Origin: Diplonema japonicum
Taxonomy: Eukaryota; Protista; Euglenozoa: Diplonemea
NCBI GenBank assembly: GCA_964019335.1
Contig: OZ025705.1
Coordinates: forward strand, 372,001 to 436,000
Reading direction: 5' to 3'
DNA: 64,000 bases
Shown: positions 1 to 10,774 of the stretch, one piece after another
Numbering within the stretch: the first letter of the stretch is position 1
Layout: each line of letters opens with the position of its first letter
Position numbers and translations under genes: made by a program
The notes under the pieces: generated by a model
What the model was told of the DNA's origin: nothing
Database searches by the model: none
What the model saw: only the letters and a program-made list of their open reading frames with translations

Positions 1-15
1 AGAGCGCAGCATCAT
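1..15 (-). CDS. 5' end (MMLRS...) of another AA10 LPMO copy that runs off the left edge of the window
   Basis: Bases 1-~185 are near-identical to 3405-~3595, the start codon and upstream region of the LPMO gene. Confidence 0.8.
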
Positions 16-712
16 TTCTTTGTTGTTGTTTTTTTTTTCTTAAAGTGTTTTGGGGTTACAAAAACCTGTGTGCGTTGAGGTGGATAGGAAAGGAGAAGGA
101 ATAAAAGGAAATAAAGAAGCCCCTCCCTCAATTCTGTACCAAAGCAAAGGAGCAAAATACAGAAAGGGGGTGAGTGAAGAAAAAAAGAGAACAACATCTT
201 CAACATCAGCAGCTTTTTATTTTATTTTTTTTCGGACAAGAACTGTAGCAAATGGCAAAGAGGAGAAGGGGAAGAAGAAAAAGTTGGTGGTTGATGCACA
301 CCAACCAAGTTAGGGAGAAGCCAAAAGCAAAAGCAAAAACAAAAACAAAAGGAGTATGCTGCACACCTTGGAGGAAGAAATAACTATTTCAAAAAAAAGA
401 AGAAGAAACCCCATTGATCTTCCAGGATAGCCTGTGGAAGTATGGAACCAAATGAAATGAAATGAAGGCCCTCCAGCGCACACACATATCGGAAAAAAAT
501 AAGAAAATCAAAAAACAGAGAGAAAGTTTCAGTGTGCATGGGGGTGCTTACTGTTGTAGAAAAGAAAGAAAGGAAGGAAAAAACCCCCAACAAAGATAGT
601 GGGGAAGAACTTGGTGTTTTTGAGATTTAAGATTTAGTGACTCATCGGAAATTTAAACATCACACAAAAGAGAAGCGAAAAAGAAGTGTTTTATTTTTCT
701 TTTTTTTTCATT

Positions 713-1459
713 TTATTGTTTGAGGAGGATGTCAGAGCAGCCCTGCTGCTTGCAGACCTCTTCCAGATTGGAGGCGTTGCTCTCGCAGGAGAGACCCTTT
801 GCATGCATCCTGCCCAGAACAGTCGACTCGGAGAGGTAGAAGTTCGCGAAGGGTGTCATGAAGTCCTCGGAGATGCTCTTCTCGCAGAGCCCCGTCTTCA
901 TGAGGGCTGCCCGCCAGTTTTGCACCTTCGGGTAGCCGTGAGCAAAGTCGTAGCCGGTCTTCTCCTTGATGATCTGTGTTCGGTGCAGCAAAGGAAGCCA
1001 GGTCATGTCCACTGTGCTCACGGTGTCGCTGTTGAAGAACTCCGCCCCCCCAAGCACCTTCTCCACCTTCGCAAAGGCCGTCGCTATCTTCATCGTCCGC
1101 TCCCTCAACGTCTCCCCGTCACTGCTGGACTGCGCCCCGCACTGCGGCATGTAGTTCTTGCTCCCGAGGTACCCCCAAGCCCTGTTCTGCGCCCTCTGCA
1201 CGAGGCTCAGGTCCGGCTGCAGGGCAGGGTAAGCCTCCTCGATGTACTCCGCGATCGCCTCCGACTCGAACAGCACCTCCTCCTTCTCAGTCACAAGCAG
1301 CGGCACCTGCCCGTTGGGCGAGATGTCCAAAAACCACTGCGGCTTCTCCTTCAGGTTGATGTACTCCACAACGTAAGGGGTCTTCTTCGCCTCCAGCAGG
1401 GCCGTGATCCGCTGAACGAAGGGGCAGATCTTGAAGCTGATCACTTTTAACACCGGCAT
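713..1459 (-). CDS. Glutathione S-transferase (omega-like CPF active site, bacterial-like)
   Basis: SFKICPFVQR, KPQWFLDISPNGQVPLL and LFESEAIAEYIEE motifs; 248 aa; no introns; high GC3. Confidence 0.92.
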   Translation of the reverse strand: MPVLKVISFKICPFVQRITALLEAKKTPYVVEYINLKEKPQWFLDISPNGQVPLLVTEKEEVLFESEAIAEYIEEAYPALQPDLSLVQRAQNRAWGYLGSKNYMPQCGAQSSSDGETLRERTMKIATAFAKVEKVLGGAEFFNSDTVSTVDMTWLPLLHRTQIIKEKTGYDFAHGYPKVQNWRAALMKTGLCEKSISEDFMTPFANFYLSESTVLGRMHAKGLSCESNASNLEEVCKQQGCSDILLKQ

Positions 1460-2510
1460 TTTGCTTTTTTGTTTTTCTCTCTTTTTCTTTTTTTTTTTTT
1501 ATGGTGGTCTACTTTAAAGAACGTTTCCCATTAGGATATAGAAAATATTTTTAAAAAAAAGAACAAAAAGATTTTTCTCTTTTTCCTTCCCCCTTCCTGT
1601 CCCTGACGGCGCCAAAGGATATTCAACGGCCTGAGAGGTCGTCCGAAGGTTCAGAAGGGGGAAAGGAGAAAGGGAGAGAGGGAGGGAAAGTTTAAAAAAG
1701 TCGATGCAAACTCCGCGCGAGAGCCGCAGGCCAAAAAAAAAAAAGAAAAAAGAAAAAAAGAAAGAAAGAAAGAATAAGAAAAGTCGGAGTGTATATTTTC
1801 TTAGAAAAGGGGGCCTTCTTGTCGAGTGCATGCTAGTCACACCACAAAAAAAAAAAGGTCTGTTTTTTTTTTTTTTTTTTTCATTTTTCAAAAATAGAAA
1901 AAAAGCCGCCATTTCCACGTAAAAACGATTTTCGCCTTTCATAAAAGGAAGCAGGGAAGACAGACAGAGGCAACAACCCGTTGCCGTCTGTTGTCGTGTT
2001 GAGGAAGAAAGAAATTGAAAACAAAAAAAGATAATAAAAGAAAAGAGAATTAAAAAAAAAAAAAAAAAAAAGCAATCGAGGGAGAAGAATATCAGAGGGG
2101 GGGGGGGGGGGGGGGGTTGAGCAAAAGACGATTGTCACAAAAGGGAAAAGAGAAAGGGTCACACATCATGGGTGAGAGAGAAAAAAAAGAAGGGAAGCCA
2201 AAAAAATAAAATAAAATAAAAGAAAGTGATGAAGGAAAGCAGCTGTCCCCTGGGAATACGGGTCCACAGGGAGGAGAACACAGACATGTTGCGTAGCGAA
2301 AGACAAAGGCGTGACTCAGAGTCACGAAAGGTCACCCTCGCCTCACATTGCTGTGCCTCTTCAGATGGTGTGGTTCATTTGTTTTGTTTTATTTATTTTT
2401 TTTGTTTTTCTTTTTAAAAAACTTTTGGCTTGTCATCCTTCATTTTTTTTTTCTTCTCATTTCTTCAATCCTCGTTTCATTTTAACATTTTTAGTTTTTT
2501 TTTTTCTCCA

Positions 2511-3419
2511 TCACCCGATGAGCTTGCACTGAGAGGCGACGTCGCACTTCACCCTGCACTGGGCGTACCACTGGCTCTGCTGGTAGCAACGGCTCGGTGC
2601 CTCACAGCAAGAGGGTGACGACAGGCAGCTTCCCCACTCCGCAATCTTGGGACCAGAGCAGGTGCCCGCAGGAGAAGGCGGGTTCGTGGGGACAGGTGTG
2701 GGAACAGGGGTCGACACGGGAACAGTGGACCCACCTGCTGGGGTGGGTGTGGGTGTGGGGGTGGGTGCAGGTGTGGGAACAGGTGTCGCGGTGGTGGTAC
2801 TGCCACCGTTTCCATTGCCGCTGCTGCTGCTGCCACCACCAAAGTTGTTGCTGGCACCGTTGAAGTCAAGGTCGATGGCGTTGTAGAAGCTGGCAGAGGT
2901 GTCACCGACATCCCAGACTGCAAGGACCACGTGGTAGCCGCTCCTGGTCGGGACCGTGCAGGAGTGGGTCACCCCAGAGAGAGGAGGCTGCTGCATCTCC
3001 CCGTCCACCGTGCAGAAGGGGGTCCCCTCCAAGGTCTCCCTCCCGAGAGGGTCCACCCCGTTCCACCCTTCCTTCGTGATGAAGTACCTCCAGTCCCGCG
3101 TCACGTGGTTCGCCCTGAAGGCCCACGTGAAGTCCATCGCCCCGCTGCTCACAGAGGTCTTCGCCCACCTCGTCGTCGACTGCTCGTTCAGGGGCGCCCA
3201 GTTGTCCTTCCCAGCAGCAGCCACCGTCCCGTCCGCAGGGCCTGTCTCGGGGTACCGGTCCTCCCCCTCCACGCTCTGCGGCTCGTACTGCACCGCCCCG
3301 CAGTTCGTGTTCCTCTTCTGGTTGCACGACCAGCTCCTCGACGACGGGGTCACCACGTAGCCGTGCCCCTGCGCTGAGGCGAACAGGGCGGTCACGCAGA
3401 CAACAGAGCGCAGCATCAT
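2511..3419 (-). CDS. Secreted AA10 lytic polysaccharide monooxygenase (GbpA/CBP21-like) with Gly/Ser and Pro/Thr linker and C-terminal CBM1-like module, 302 aa
   Basis: Signal peptide ends ASAQG|HGYV (His1). CGAVQYEPQSVEG, ANHVTRDWRYFITK (second His) and VLAVWDVGDTSASFYN (Phe) motifs. C-terminal WGSC...CC...C..QSQWYAQC. True start is MMLRS at 3419. Confidence 0.95.
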   Translation of the reverse strand: MMLRSVVCVTALFASAQGHGYVVTPSSRSWSCNQKRNTNCGAVQYEPQSVEGEDRYPETGPADGTVAAAGKDNWAPLNEQSTTRWAKTSVSSGAMDFTWAFRANHVTRDWRYFITKEGWNGVDPLGRETLEGTPFCTVDGEMQQPPLSGVTHSCTVPTRSGYHVVLAVWDVGDTSASFYNAIDLDFNGASNNFGGGSSSSGNGNGGSTTTATPVPTPAPTPTPTPTPAGGSTVPVSTPVPTPVPTNPPSPAGTCSGPKIAEWGSCLSSPSCCEAPSRCYQQSQWYAQCRVKCDVASQCKLIG

Positions 3420-3967
3420 TTCTTTGTTTTGTTTTGTTTTAAAACGTGTTTTGGGGTTACAAAAACCTGTGTGCGTTGAGAGGTGGTTAGGAAAGGAGAA
3501 GGGAAAAAAAGGAAATAAAGAAGCCCCTCCCTCAACTCTGCACCAAAGCAACAGGGGCAAAATACAGAAAGGGGGTGAGTAAAAAAGAAAAAAAGAGAAA
3601 GATACGAGAAGAAGAGGGAAGGAAAAAGAGTGGGAAAAGGGCATTGCAACCTCTAGTTCCAGCTTGCATCCTTCTTCTCCCTTCCAACTCTTGTTTTCTT
3701 TCGGGCACAATTTGCACCCTTCAGTGTCCTTGGCAGAGTCTTTAAGAAAGAGACTGAGAAACGATCGCATAAAAGGAAAAGATAAAAAAGAGAGGAAGAT
3801 GGTATCGCGCGGTTGGGTAGTACTGTTTTCTTTTTTTTTTTTTTTTTTTGTTTCTTTCTTTTTCTTTCTTTCTAAAAAGAAGAAGGGTCATGAGGTTAGG
3901 TATTTTTTTTAGTACATTATCCCCTTCTTTTTTTTTTTTTTTTTTTAAGTCTGTCATCTCCTCACCC

Positions 3968-4537
3968 CTAGTTCCCACTCCATCCAGAGTAACCGGCCTT
4001 GGGGAGGGTGATGTCGAGCTCCTGCCTGAAGAGGATGCCGGTGTTGTCAGTCTGGGGTTCAGGGGTGGTGGCGAGGACCCCCTTGGCCCCCTTGAAGTCG
4101 CCAGTCCCGCCAATGATGGAGACGTACGAGGTGTGCATGTCGGACTCCCTCCCCGAGACCTGGAGGGTCCCCTCGTAGCCAGACTCCTCGTAGAAGGTGA
4201 GGGTCCAGGTGCACTGGCCCCAGTTGTTCTCCGGGTCGTCGGGGAGGCTCGGGTGGTCCTTCCCGCTCCAGTCGGGCTTCCCGGGGTCCGTCCTGATGCA
4301 GTACCCAGCGTTCCGACCGATCACCGACTTGCACGAGTCGTCCGCCAGAAGCTTCTGGTCGAACACGAAGATGTCCCCAGGGGAGTCCAGCCCGTCCTCC
4401 ACGTCGGCGCTCTGCCTGATCCCCCCGTCGGGGCGCCCGTCAGCGAACGTCGTGAACTCGATGTGGCGGCGGTGCCATCCAACGAAGCCCTGCGCCGTTC
4501 CCGCCAGCATCAACACCATCAGAGAGGCCTTCGACAT
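3968..4537 (-). CDS. Secreted allene-oxide-cyclase/dirigent-like beta-barrel protein, copy 1
   Basis: Signal peptide; SPGDIFVFDQKL, GRNAGYC, QCTWTLTF and SIIGGTGDFKGAKG motifs. Confidence 0.8.
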   Translation of the reverse strand: MSKASLMVLMLAGTAQGFVGWHRRHIEFTTFADGRPDGGIRQSADVEDGLDSPGDIFVFDQKLLADDSCKSVIGRNAGYCIRTDPGKPDWSGKDHPSLPDDPENNWGQCTWTLTFYEESGYEGTLQVSGRESDMHTSYVSIIGGTGDFKGAKGVLATTPEPQTDNTGILFRQELDITLPKAGYSGWSGN

Positions 4538-5297
4538 TTCTAGAGAGAGTGAGAGAGAGAGAGTGTGTGTGTGTGTGTGTGAAAGAAAAGGTTCCTAATG
4601 TGTCTTTTCTTCCAAGGTGTACACAGGGAAAAGCAGTTGAAAAGAAAAGAGAAGAGAGCAGGAGGGGGGAAAAAAGCCCCACAAGGTTTTACCTTATGTG
4701 TTGTCCCTTAGGTCTTTCTATGTCTGGTTTTTTTTCCCCCTTCGAATTTCGAATTTAAGAAACCACCTCCACTTTTCCCAGTTCATAGAAAGACCGAAAT
4801 GTCTTTCCAGAAGATATCGCATAAAAGAAACAAGAGAATATAAAAAAAGTGGAAAGTCAGAAAACAGAAAAAAAAAGAAAAAAAAAAGAAAAGAAAAGAA
4901 AAGAAAACCTTCGAGAAGGCTTGAGATCGCACAGCAGAAATAAAGAGTGGAGCACTTTCCCTCCTTGCTGAAAAAAAGAAAAAGAAAAAACGAAAAGGGG
5001 GGAAGGAAAAAAAAAAGGAACAAAGACCTCGGGTTTAACACAGGGCAAGACGCCACTGCGCCGAAGATTCAATTGGTCTTTTTGCTATTATTTTTTTTTC
5101 TCTCTTTTTTTCCCCCCCTCCCTCCTTTTCTTTTTTTTTTCTTCTTTTTTTTTCTTTCAATTTGCTCCAGAAGGGGAAGACGAGCTATAAGCTTACGCGA
5201 AGAATAGTTAATAGCTAAAATAAAAACAGGGAGGAATTATAAAAAAGAAAAAAATATCAAAAGACTATGGTGAACGCAACTATAATGCACACCATGC

Positions 5298-6908
5298 CTA
5301 ATTGCACGCCCCTGAGGGGTTGTTGGAGCAGGTGCAGTCCTGCTCGGGGCAAACAGCAGGGTCCACAGAATCAGCGAAGTTCCAACCGACGCAGTGGTAG
5401 CAGGTGATGGCATTGAAGGGGTCGTACACCCTCTTCACACCGAGGAGCCTGTTGTAGTTCTCCATGCTGCCCCAGTAGCGCTCCTTCCAGTCGTTCGACG
5501 GGAAGTTGTGCTGCGGCTCGTTCCAGTACACCCAACCGGTCCCCAAGGGGCGGAGCACGGTCTCCCCCCACGAGTCCATGTCCGCCACAATCTGCTGCTT
5601 CTGCTCTACGGTCGCCTCCTCCGCCCACGAGGACACGCACGTCACCTGGATGTCCGCGTTACGCATGGCAGGCGAGATAGACGTCAGGTCCCCAGTCGGG
5701 TCCATCGTCTTCATGGCACCCCCGAGCACCGACGACTGCGTGCAGAACTTCGTGAAGGGCATGGTCTCCGCTTTGGTCACCCATGCCGTCGTGGCGTTGA
5801 TGAGGGCCAGGGCGTCCTCCCCCGACACGGAGTTCGACACCGAGTACTGGTTCCCACCGGGAGGGGGCGACAGGGAGTCCAAAAGGCTGTAGTAGGTGTT
5901 TGTGTTGTTCTGCTGGCAGTTCCCCGGGAGCAGCCCCGGCACGCACCCCGGCAGGCCGGACACCTTCGAGATGTGCTCGTTGCAGTTGTCGCCGTAGCAC
6001 CAGGTCACCATGAACACGGGGTTCCCAGGGATCGCTCCAAGCGTGAGGTAGTAGCCACCCGCCTCCTTCGGTGCCACCGAGATGAAGTTGTGGTAAGCTT
6101 GCATAATGGCGGTCTGGTGCTCCTCGCCCTGCGGGAAGAACACCCCGAGGAAGCTCGTCACCTTCTGCGGTGTGGGGTTCAGTCTGAAGGTCATGCTCAC
6201 GGTGATGCCGTAGGCGGAGCCCCCGCTTCCACGAAGGGACCTGAAGAGCTCGGGGTGATGGTACTCGTTGGCCGTCACCACGATCCCTGACGCCAGCACC
6301 ACCTTCATCTCCACCAGGAGGTCCGCACCGAGCCCGTGCATCCTGCTGAGGTAGCCGTGGCCGCCACCTGTTGCCCACCCGTACGGCCCCACAGTGCTGT
6401 CCCCGCCCGTCGCGATGGCGTACGCCTCGTTTGTCTCAGCCTTCACGTACTCGGAGATCTCGCCGAAGGTCTGCCCGGGGCCCACCCTGATGTGCTTCTC
6501 GTCCCCGAAGTCGAAGATCACCTTCTCGTTGAACTCCGTCATCACGATGTGCACAGCGTTGTCAGCGATGTTCCTGACGTCCATGTGGTGCCCAGTGCTC
6601 AGCACAGAGACGCGCATCCCGTGCCACCTTGCGAAGCGCAGCGACTTCTGGATGTCCCTCACGCAGGTAGGGAACACCATCATCGCGGGCTGCGGGGTGT
6701 TTGTTCTCGTGCTGTACGTGTACGGGGCGTACTCCGAGTCCGTCTTCAGGTGCACCTCCCCGTGGATGTAGTGCTTGAACCATTTGAACTGAGTGGTCGT
6801 TGGCCACCTCCAGTCCCCGGGAAGGCTGTACCTGTAGCCGTCGGAGCCCCAGGCCTCAGTCGGCACGGCGAGGGCCATCAACAGGGCAGCGAATAGCAAG
6901 CTTCTCAT
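5298..6908 (-). CDS. Secreted FAD-dependent berberine-bridge-enzyme-like (AA7-like) oxidoreductase
   Basis: Signal peptide; VLSTGH (FAD-linked His); GGGHG; LFRSLRGSGG; C-terminal YWNE..YWG..YNRL..VKRVYDP BBE motif. Confidence 0.9.
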   Translation of the reverse strand: MRSLLFAALLMALAVPTEAWGSDGYRYSLPGDWRWPTTTQFKWFKHYIHGEVHLKTDSEYAPYTYSTRTNTPQPAMMVFPTCVRDIQKSLRFARWHGMRVSVLSTGHHMDVRNIADNAVHIVMTEFNEKVIFDFGDEKHIRVGPGQTFGEISEYVKAETNEAYAIATGGDSTVGPYGWATGGGHGYLSRMHGLGADLLVEMKVVLASGIVVTANEYHHPELFRSLRGSGGSAYGITVSMTFRLNPTPQKVTSFLGVFFPQGEEHQTAIMQAYHNFISVAPKEAGGYYLTLGAIPGNPVFMVTWCYGDNCNEHISKVSGLPGCVPGLLPGNCQQNNTNTYYSLLDSLSPPPGGNQYSVSNSVSGEDALALINATTAWVTKAETMPFTKFCTQSSVLGGAMKTMDPTGDLTSISPAMRNADIQVTCVSSWAEEATVEQKQQIVADMDSWGETVLRPLGTGWVYWNEPQHNFPSNDWKERYWGSMENYNRLLGVKRVYDPFNAITCYHCVGWNFADSVDPAVCPEQDCTCSNNPSGACN

Positions 6909-7102
6909 GTTGTTTTAATGTAGAACTGAGTGGTGTTGGAACAAATGATAACGAAAGGAATGGAAAAATAAAACGAAAGTTGTGGCTGGGAGATGGTCAC
7001 AAAAAGCGAACAAAAAGTAGAAATGGGTCTGCGAACCGTGTTTTCACAAAAGAAAATCTACCAATTAAAAAAAGGGCTGGCTAGGGGGAAAGGTAATTCT
7101 TC

Positions 7103-7942
7103 TCAGTGGAGATCATCGAACAGGCTACTCCGCGTGATGGTCGTAGGCGGCCTTGCCATGGAGAGTGACTGGAACCCGGCGGAGCCGGTGCTAGTGAGGT
7201 CGTGGATGGCGAAGGCTTCATGGCAGTGCTCCCGGAGCAACGCGAAGACGTCCGTGTCCTGCTGTGGAACCTCACCACCGTCGCACTTCAAAGCATCACA
7301 GGCACGACTATTTGTTGTCTCCTCGCCTAGAATCCTGAGGACGTTGGGATCGATAGGAGCATCACTTTCGCTGTCTGTTTCTTCTCCTTGTTCTATTTCC
7401 TCTTCCTCTTCCTCCACATCGAGCGACATGTTCAGCGCATCCTTCATGAATATAAAGGGAGCTGGTTTTGAACCCGTTTTTTCTTCGTTGTGTTGAGGGC
7501 TGTTATTTCCTTGGTACTCGAAATTTTGAATGGTCCCCTCGAGAAGTGTTGCAGGGTGCTGGTCTCGAGAGTCTTCGATGTTGTATTGATCCCAGCTGTC
7601 GATTCTGTCTTTTGGATCTACTTCAAAAAGCCCTGGAAAGAATGCAGCTTCAAATAACTCATCACCATCGCACCCCTGCCCCATGAACTGTTCCTCAAGG
7701 CTGTTTACAAGTTCACGGGCGTCTGCGAGGCTGAGCGTCCTTAGGTATTCTACGGCTTCCGTTGTGTCGTGGGTTTCATCGCCACACTCCGGTTTCATTG
7801 TTTTCAAAATTATTTCTCGCATCTCGCATAGTCTCTTGCTGTACTGGGGCGTGCCTTTCTTTTTCTTCTTTGTTTTGTCTTTTTTTTTCCCTTTTTTTTT
7901 TTCTTTTTTCTCCTTTACATCGTGAGGGCCTGGCGGGTTCAT
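7103..7942 (-). CDS. Hypothetical acidic protein; probable in-frame A-rich intron at 7844-7918
   Basis: Long ORF of ordinary composition. The Lys-rich stretch is bounded by GTAAAG...CAG. Alternative start is ATG at 7822. Confidence 0.6.
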   Translation of the reverse strand: MNPPGPHDVKEKKEKKKGKKKDKTKKKKKGTPQYSKRLCEMREIILKTMKPECGDETHDTTEAVEYLRTLSLADARELVNSLEEQFMGQGCDGDELFEAAFFPGLFEVDPKDRIDSWDQYNIEDSRDQHPATLLEGTIQNFEYQGNNSPQHNEEKTGSKPAPFIFMKDALNMSLDVEEEEEEIEQGEETDSESDAPIDPNVLRILGEETTNSRACDALKCDGGEVPQQDTDVFALLREHCHEAFAIHDLTSTGSAGFQSLSMARPPTTITRSSLFDDLH

Positions 7943-8521
7943 ACTTTTACCCCTCCTTTTTGTGTTTTTTTTTTTTTTTTAAATGCAAACGGACGATAAA
8001 AAAATGGGAAAATTGAAGAAGAAAGGAACAAAATGAAGGGGGAGAAGAAAAAAAAAGAGAAAAAAAAATCACCCCTCCCAGTACAGAGGCGCTGGAAGGG
8101 AGGGAAGGTGTGGCACACTTCCCTCATTGAAAGGTTGAAACAAAAAAAAGGGGGGGGGGAGAAGAAAAGAAGAGAAGAAAAAAAGGAAACCGTAGAAAGG
8201 GGGGCAGAGACTTTTTTTTAATTCCTTTAGAACAGGGTCATAAAGGGATTTTTATAAAGGAAAAAGATCAGAGAACTGGACAGAACGAGAAAAAGAAAAC
8301 AGATGAAAACACTCCACACGTGAAAAGTCCAGCAAACGATACCCCCTTTTTTTGACCCACCTCCTTCTTTATTTTATTTTATATTTTTTTTTTGAATCTT
8401 ATCCCATATCCCCACTACGATAAAAACAATATCTAGGGGTTCCTTTTTTTTCCCCTCCCTCTTTTTTCATTCAAAAACGTTAGTACAAAAAAAAAAAAAA
8501 AAAAAAAGCCCTCCCATACTG

Positions 8522-9292
8522 CTAGTGGTGGTATTGGTGGAGGTACAAATTCCAGAGGTTATTGAAGATGAAGGCGAAACCTTTGTTGTTGGGATGGATG
8601 CAGTTGAGCTGCATGTCCTGGTTGGGAGAGAATTTTGCAAGGTCGGGGTGCCCAAGGGAGGCGTTTGGGTCACCTGCACCTGCCTGGATGGAGCCAAGGA
8701 GGTTCACGGCATCTACATAGGTGTGGGTCTTCTGAAGGTTTTCCCACACACCCTGAAGAGCGAGGAACTCAGTGTTGAAGCAAGTGATGTTGCCGTTGCA
8801 GTGGGGGTACAGCGCGTGGGGCACGAGGTCGCAGATCCCATTGCCAACCCCACAGCCAAGGATGTCGTAGCCAAAGCCGACAACGCGGACCTTGGGGTTT
8901 GTCTCGTTGATGGCCTGAAGAATCTTGTTCATGTTGGGGGTCACGTACTCAACCATCTTCTGTGTGCAGTGTGTGGTGCTGCCCCCCTCCAGAGCGCACC
9001 CAGGCAGCTTGTTCTTCGCGTCATTCCCCATCAGAGTCAACCACACCACCTGTGTGTCTGGCTTGGATACCGCCTTCTTCAACCTGTCCATGTACCTCTC
9101 CCCGATCCAGTCTTTGGTCGTAGCGCCGGACACCGCTATGTCCTCCACCGTGAGCTGGCTCCCTTTCTCCTTGAGCATGTCGAGGAACGCCTTGTGCCCC
9201 TCGGTGCCCCAGGAGTCCCCGATGATCACCACGTCCTCAGCCTTGCAGGTGGCCACTAGAAGTGCCGCGCATAGAACACGGGAGAGAGACAT
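8522..9292 (-). CDS. Secreted SGNH/GDSL hydrolase
   Basis: Signal peptide; IIGDSW (block I), AVSG, MGND and CIHPN (block V). Confidence 0.9.
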   Translation of the reverse strand: MSLSRVLCAALLVATCKAEDVVIIGDSWGTEGHKAFLDMLKEKGSQLTVEDIAVSGATTKDWIGERYMDRLKKAVSKPDTQVVWLTLMGNDAKNKLPGCALEGGSTTHCTQKMVEYVTPNMNKILQAINETNPKVRVVGFGYDILGCGVGNGICDLVPHALYPHCNGNITCFNTEFLALQGVWENLQKTHTYVDAVNLLGSIQAGAGDPNASLGHPDLAKFSPNQDMQLNCIHPNNKGFAFIFNNLWNLYLHQYHH

Positions 9293-9566
9293 TTCTTTTT
9301 TTTTTTTTTTTATATGTTATTTGGGGTTTTTTTTTCTTCTGTGGGTTTTTGAACGATGGACGATGACGTGGAATTTATACATGAAAAAAAAAAAAAAAAA
9401 AAAAAACAATAAAATAAATATTCATGAACAGTACAAGTGAGGGGAGGGGGGGGTGTGGGAAAGAATTTTTCCCTCTCTTTTCCCTCCCATTTTTTTTCCC
9501 CCCTCCCATTCTACAACTACAAAACGACGATCGCGGTTTATAATAAAAAAAAAATTTTTTTTTCCT

Positions 9567-10166
9567 TCACCACAACCTAGAAGTGTGCTGGTTTGCGTGC
9601 CGATTCTTACGGTGCCCTTCGAGGCCAGGGGGTGGGATGGTGAAAGGCGGACCCACATCAGTGTGGAGGAGGTTGGGTGTTCTAGTGAGGTGGCGGTGGG
9701 CCCCAGGCTGCGGCCTGCGCGTGTTGGTGGCTTTGGGTGTGAACGCACGACGACGGTGGCCTGTCACAACATCTTCATCAGGCGCCGGGGTGGTGTTGGG
9801 GTGCAGGATATCATAAGAGTCGCAATAACGAGTTTTGAACCTTCCTTCAGGAGACCACGCCCTGCTTTTGGGAATGGTGGTGTCATATATGTTGTGATGA
9901 GTGCCGTAGTTTACATTGGGAACGTTTTTCCCTCGACCGCCTCGTACCACAGGCTCTTCCTCCTTTGTGTCAATCACTTCCACTCTCCTCGTCAGGGGTC
10001 TTTCCTTTACCGATCTTTCATCGAAGGTTCTCACATTCTCCCCAGTTGTACCGTGATCCCACGGGACTACGTCAGGTTGCTGTGTTGTACACCGCTTCCT
10101 ACCTGTTGGTCTTGACGGGGGAGGAGGTGTTGGTGTTGGTGTTGGTTCCTCACAGAAGAAGTACAT
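9567..10166 (-). CDS. Hypothetical Pro/Arg-rich protein (199 aa)
   Basis: ORF from ATG 10166 in sequence of normal complexity between homopolymer tracts. Confidence 0.6.
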   Translation of the reverse strand: MYFFCEEPTPTPTPPPPSRPTGRKRCTTQQPDVVPWDHGTTGENVRTFDERSVKERPLTRRVEVIDTKEEEPVVRGGRGKNVPNVNYGTHHNIYDTTIPKSRAWSPEGRFKTRYCDSYDILHPNTTPAPDEDVVTGHRRRAFTPKATNTRRPQPGAHRHLTRTPNLLHTDVGPPFTIPPPGLEGHRKNRHANQHTSRLW

Positions 10167-10340
10167 GGTGAACAGCACAGGACAGGGTGTAAACTGGAGA
10201 GGGGGGTTTTTTTCTGTTGAAAAAAAAAAAAAAAATGGAACAAAAAAATTTTTTTCAACATTTTTTTTTTCCCCCCATGATGTACAAAAAAAAAAAAAAA
10301 AATGGAGGAGAAAATCGAGACATGAGAAGAAACAACAGAA

Positions 10341-10375
<35 letters not shown>

Positions 10376-10774
10376 CAAATCTTAGCTTGCAAACATTTTT
10401 TTTTCCCCCCGAGCTACGAGGATTTGTTTGGGGTCTTCATGACATAGTTGTCTGAGAGAAACCAGACAAAGACATCAAAGTTATGATTTCAAATGCATCA
10501 AAGACGCGCCCCCCAGAACTGCGAAGGGTTTTCATTATTTGTCCCATCTGGGCCTCCTCCCGGTCCGTTAAGGGTTTTTTTTCTTCATCCCCCCCCCCCC
10601 CCCCCATCTTCTTTCCTTTGCGCAAGCTGACATAAAAAAAAAAAGAAAAAAAAAAGAAAAAAAAGAGGGGAAGTGACACGTCGATGGCTGTAAACACAAC
10701 AAACAGATAAGAGAAACAAAAAAAAAAAGTGTTTCCCCCATACAGTAAACGGAAGAGGGACAAGGAGAATACTA

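Larger units (their letters stand above)
1572..4596. repeat. ~3.0 kb segmental duplication, copy A (intergenic DNA + LPMO + AOC-like gene)
   Basis: Near-identical to 49123-52076, differing mainly in homopolymer lengths and small indels. Confidence 0.95.

Noticed and set aside
10437-10608. Short ORF MGGGGGDEEKKPLTDREE...
   Set aside because: No recognisable motif, and the start depends on a G homopolymer; insufficient support
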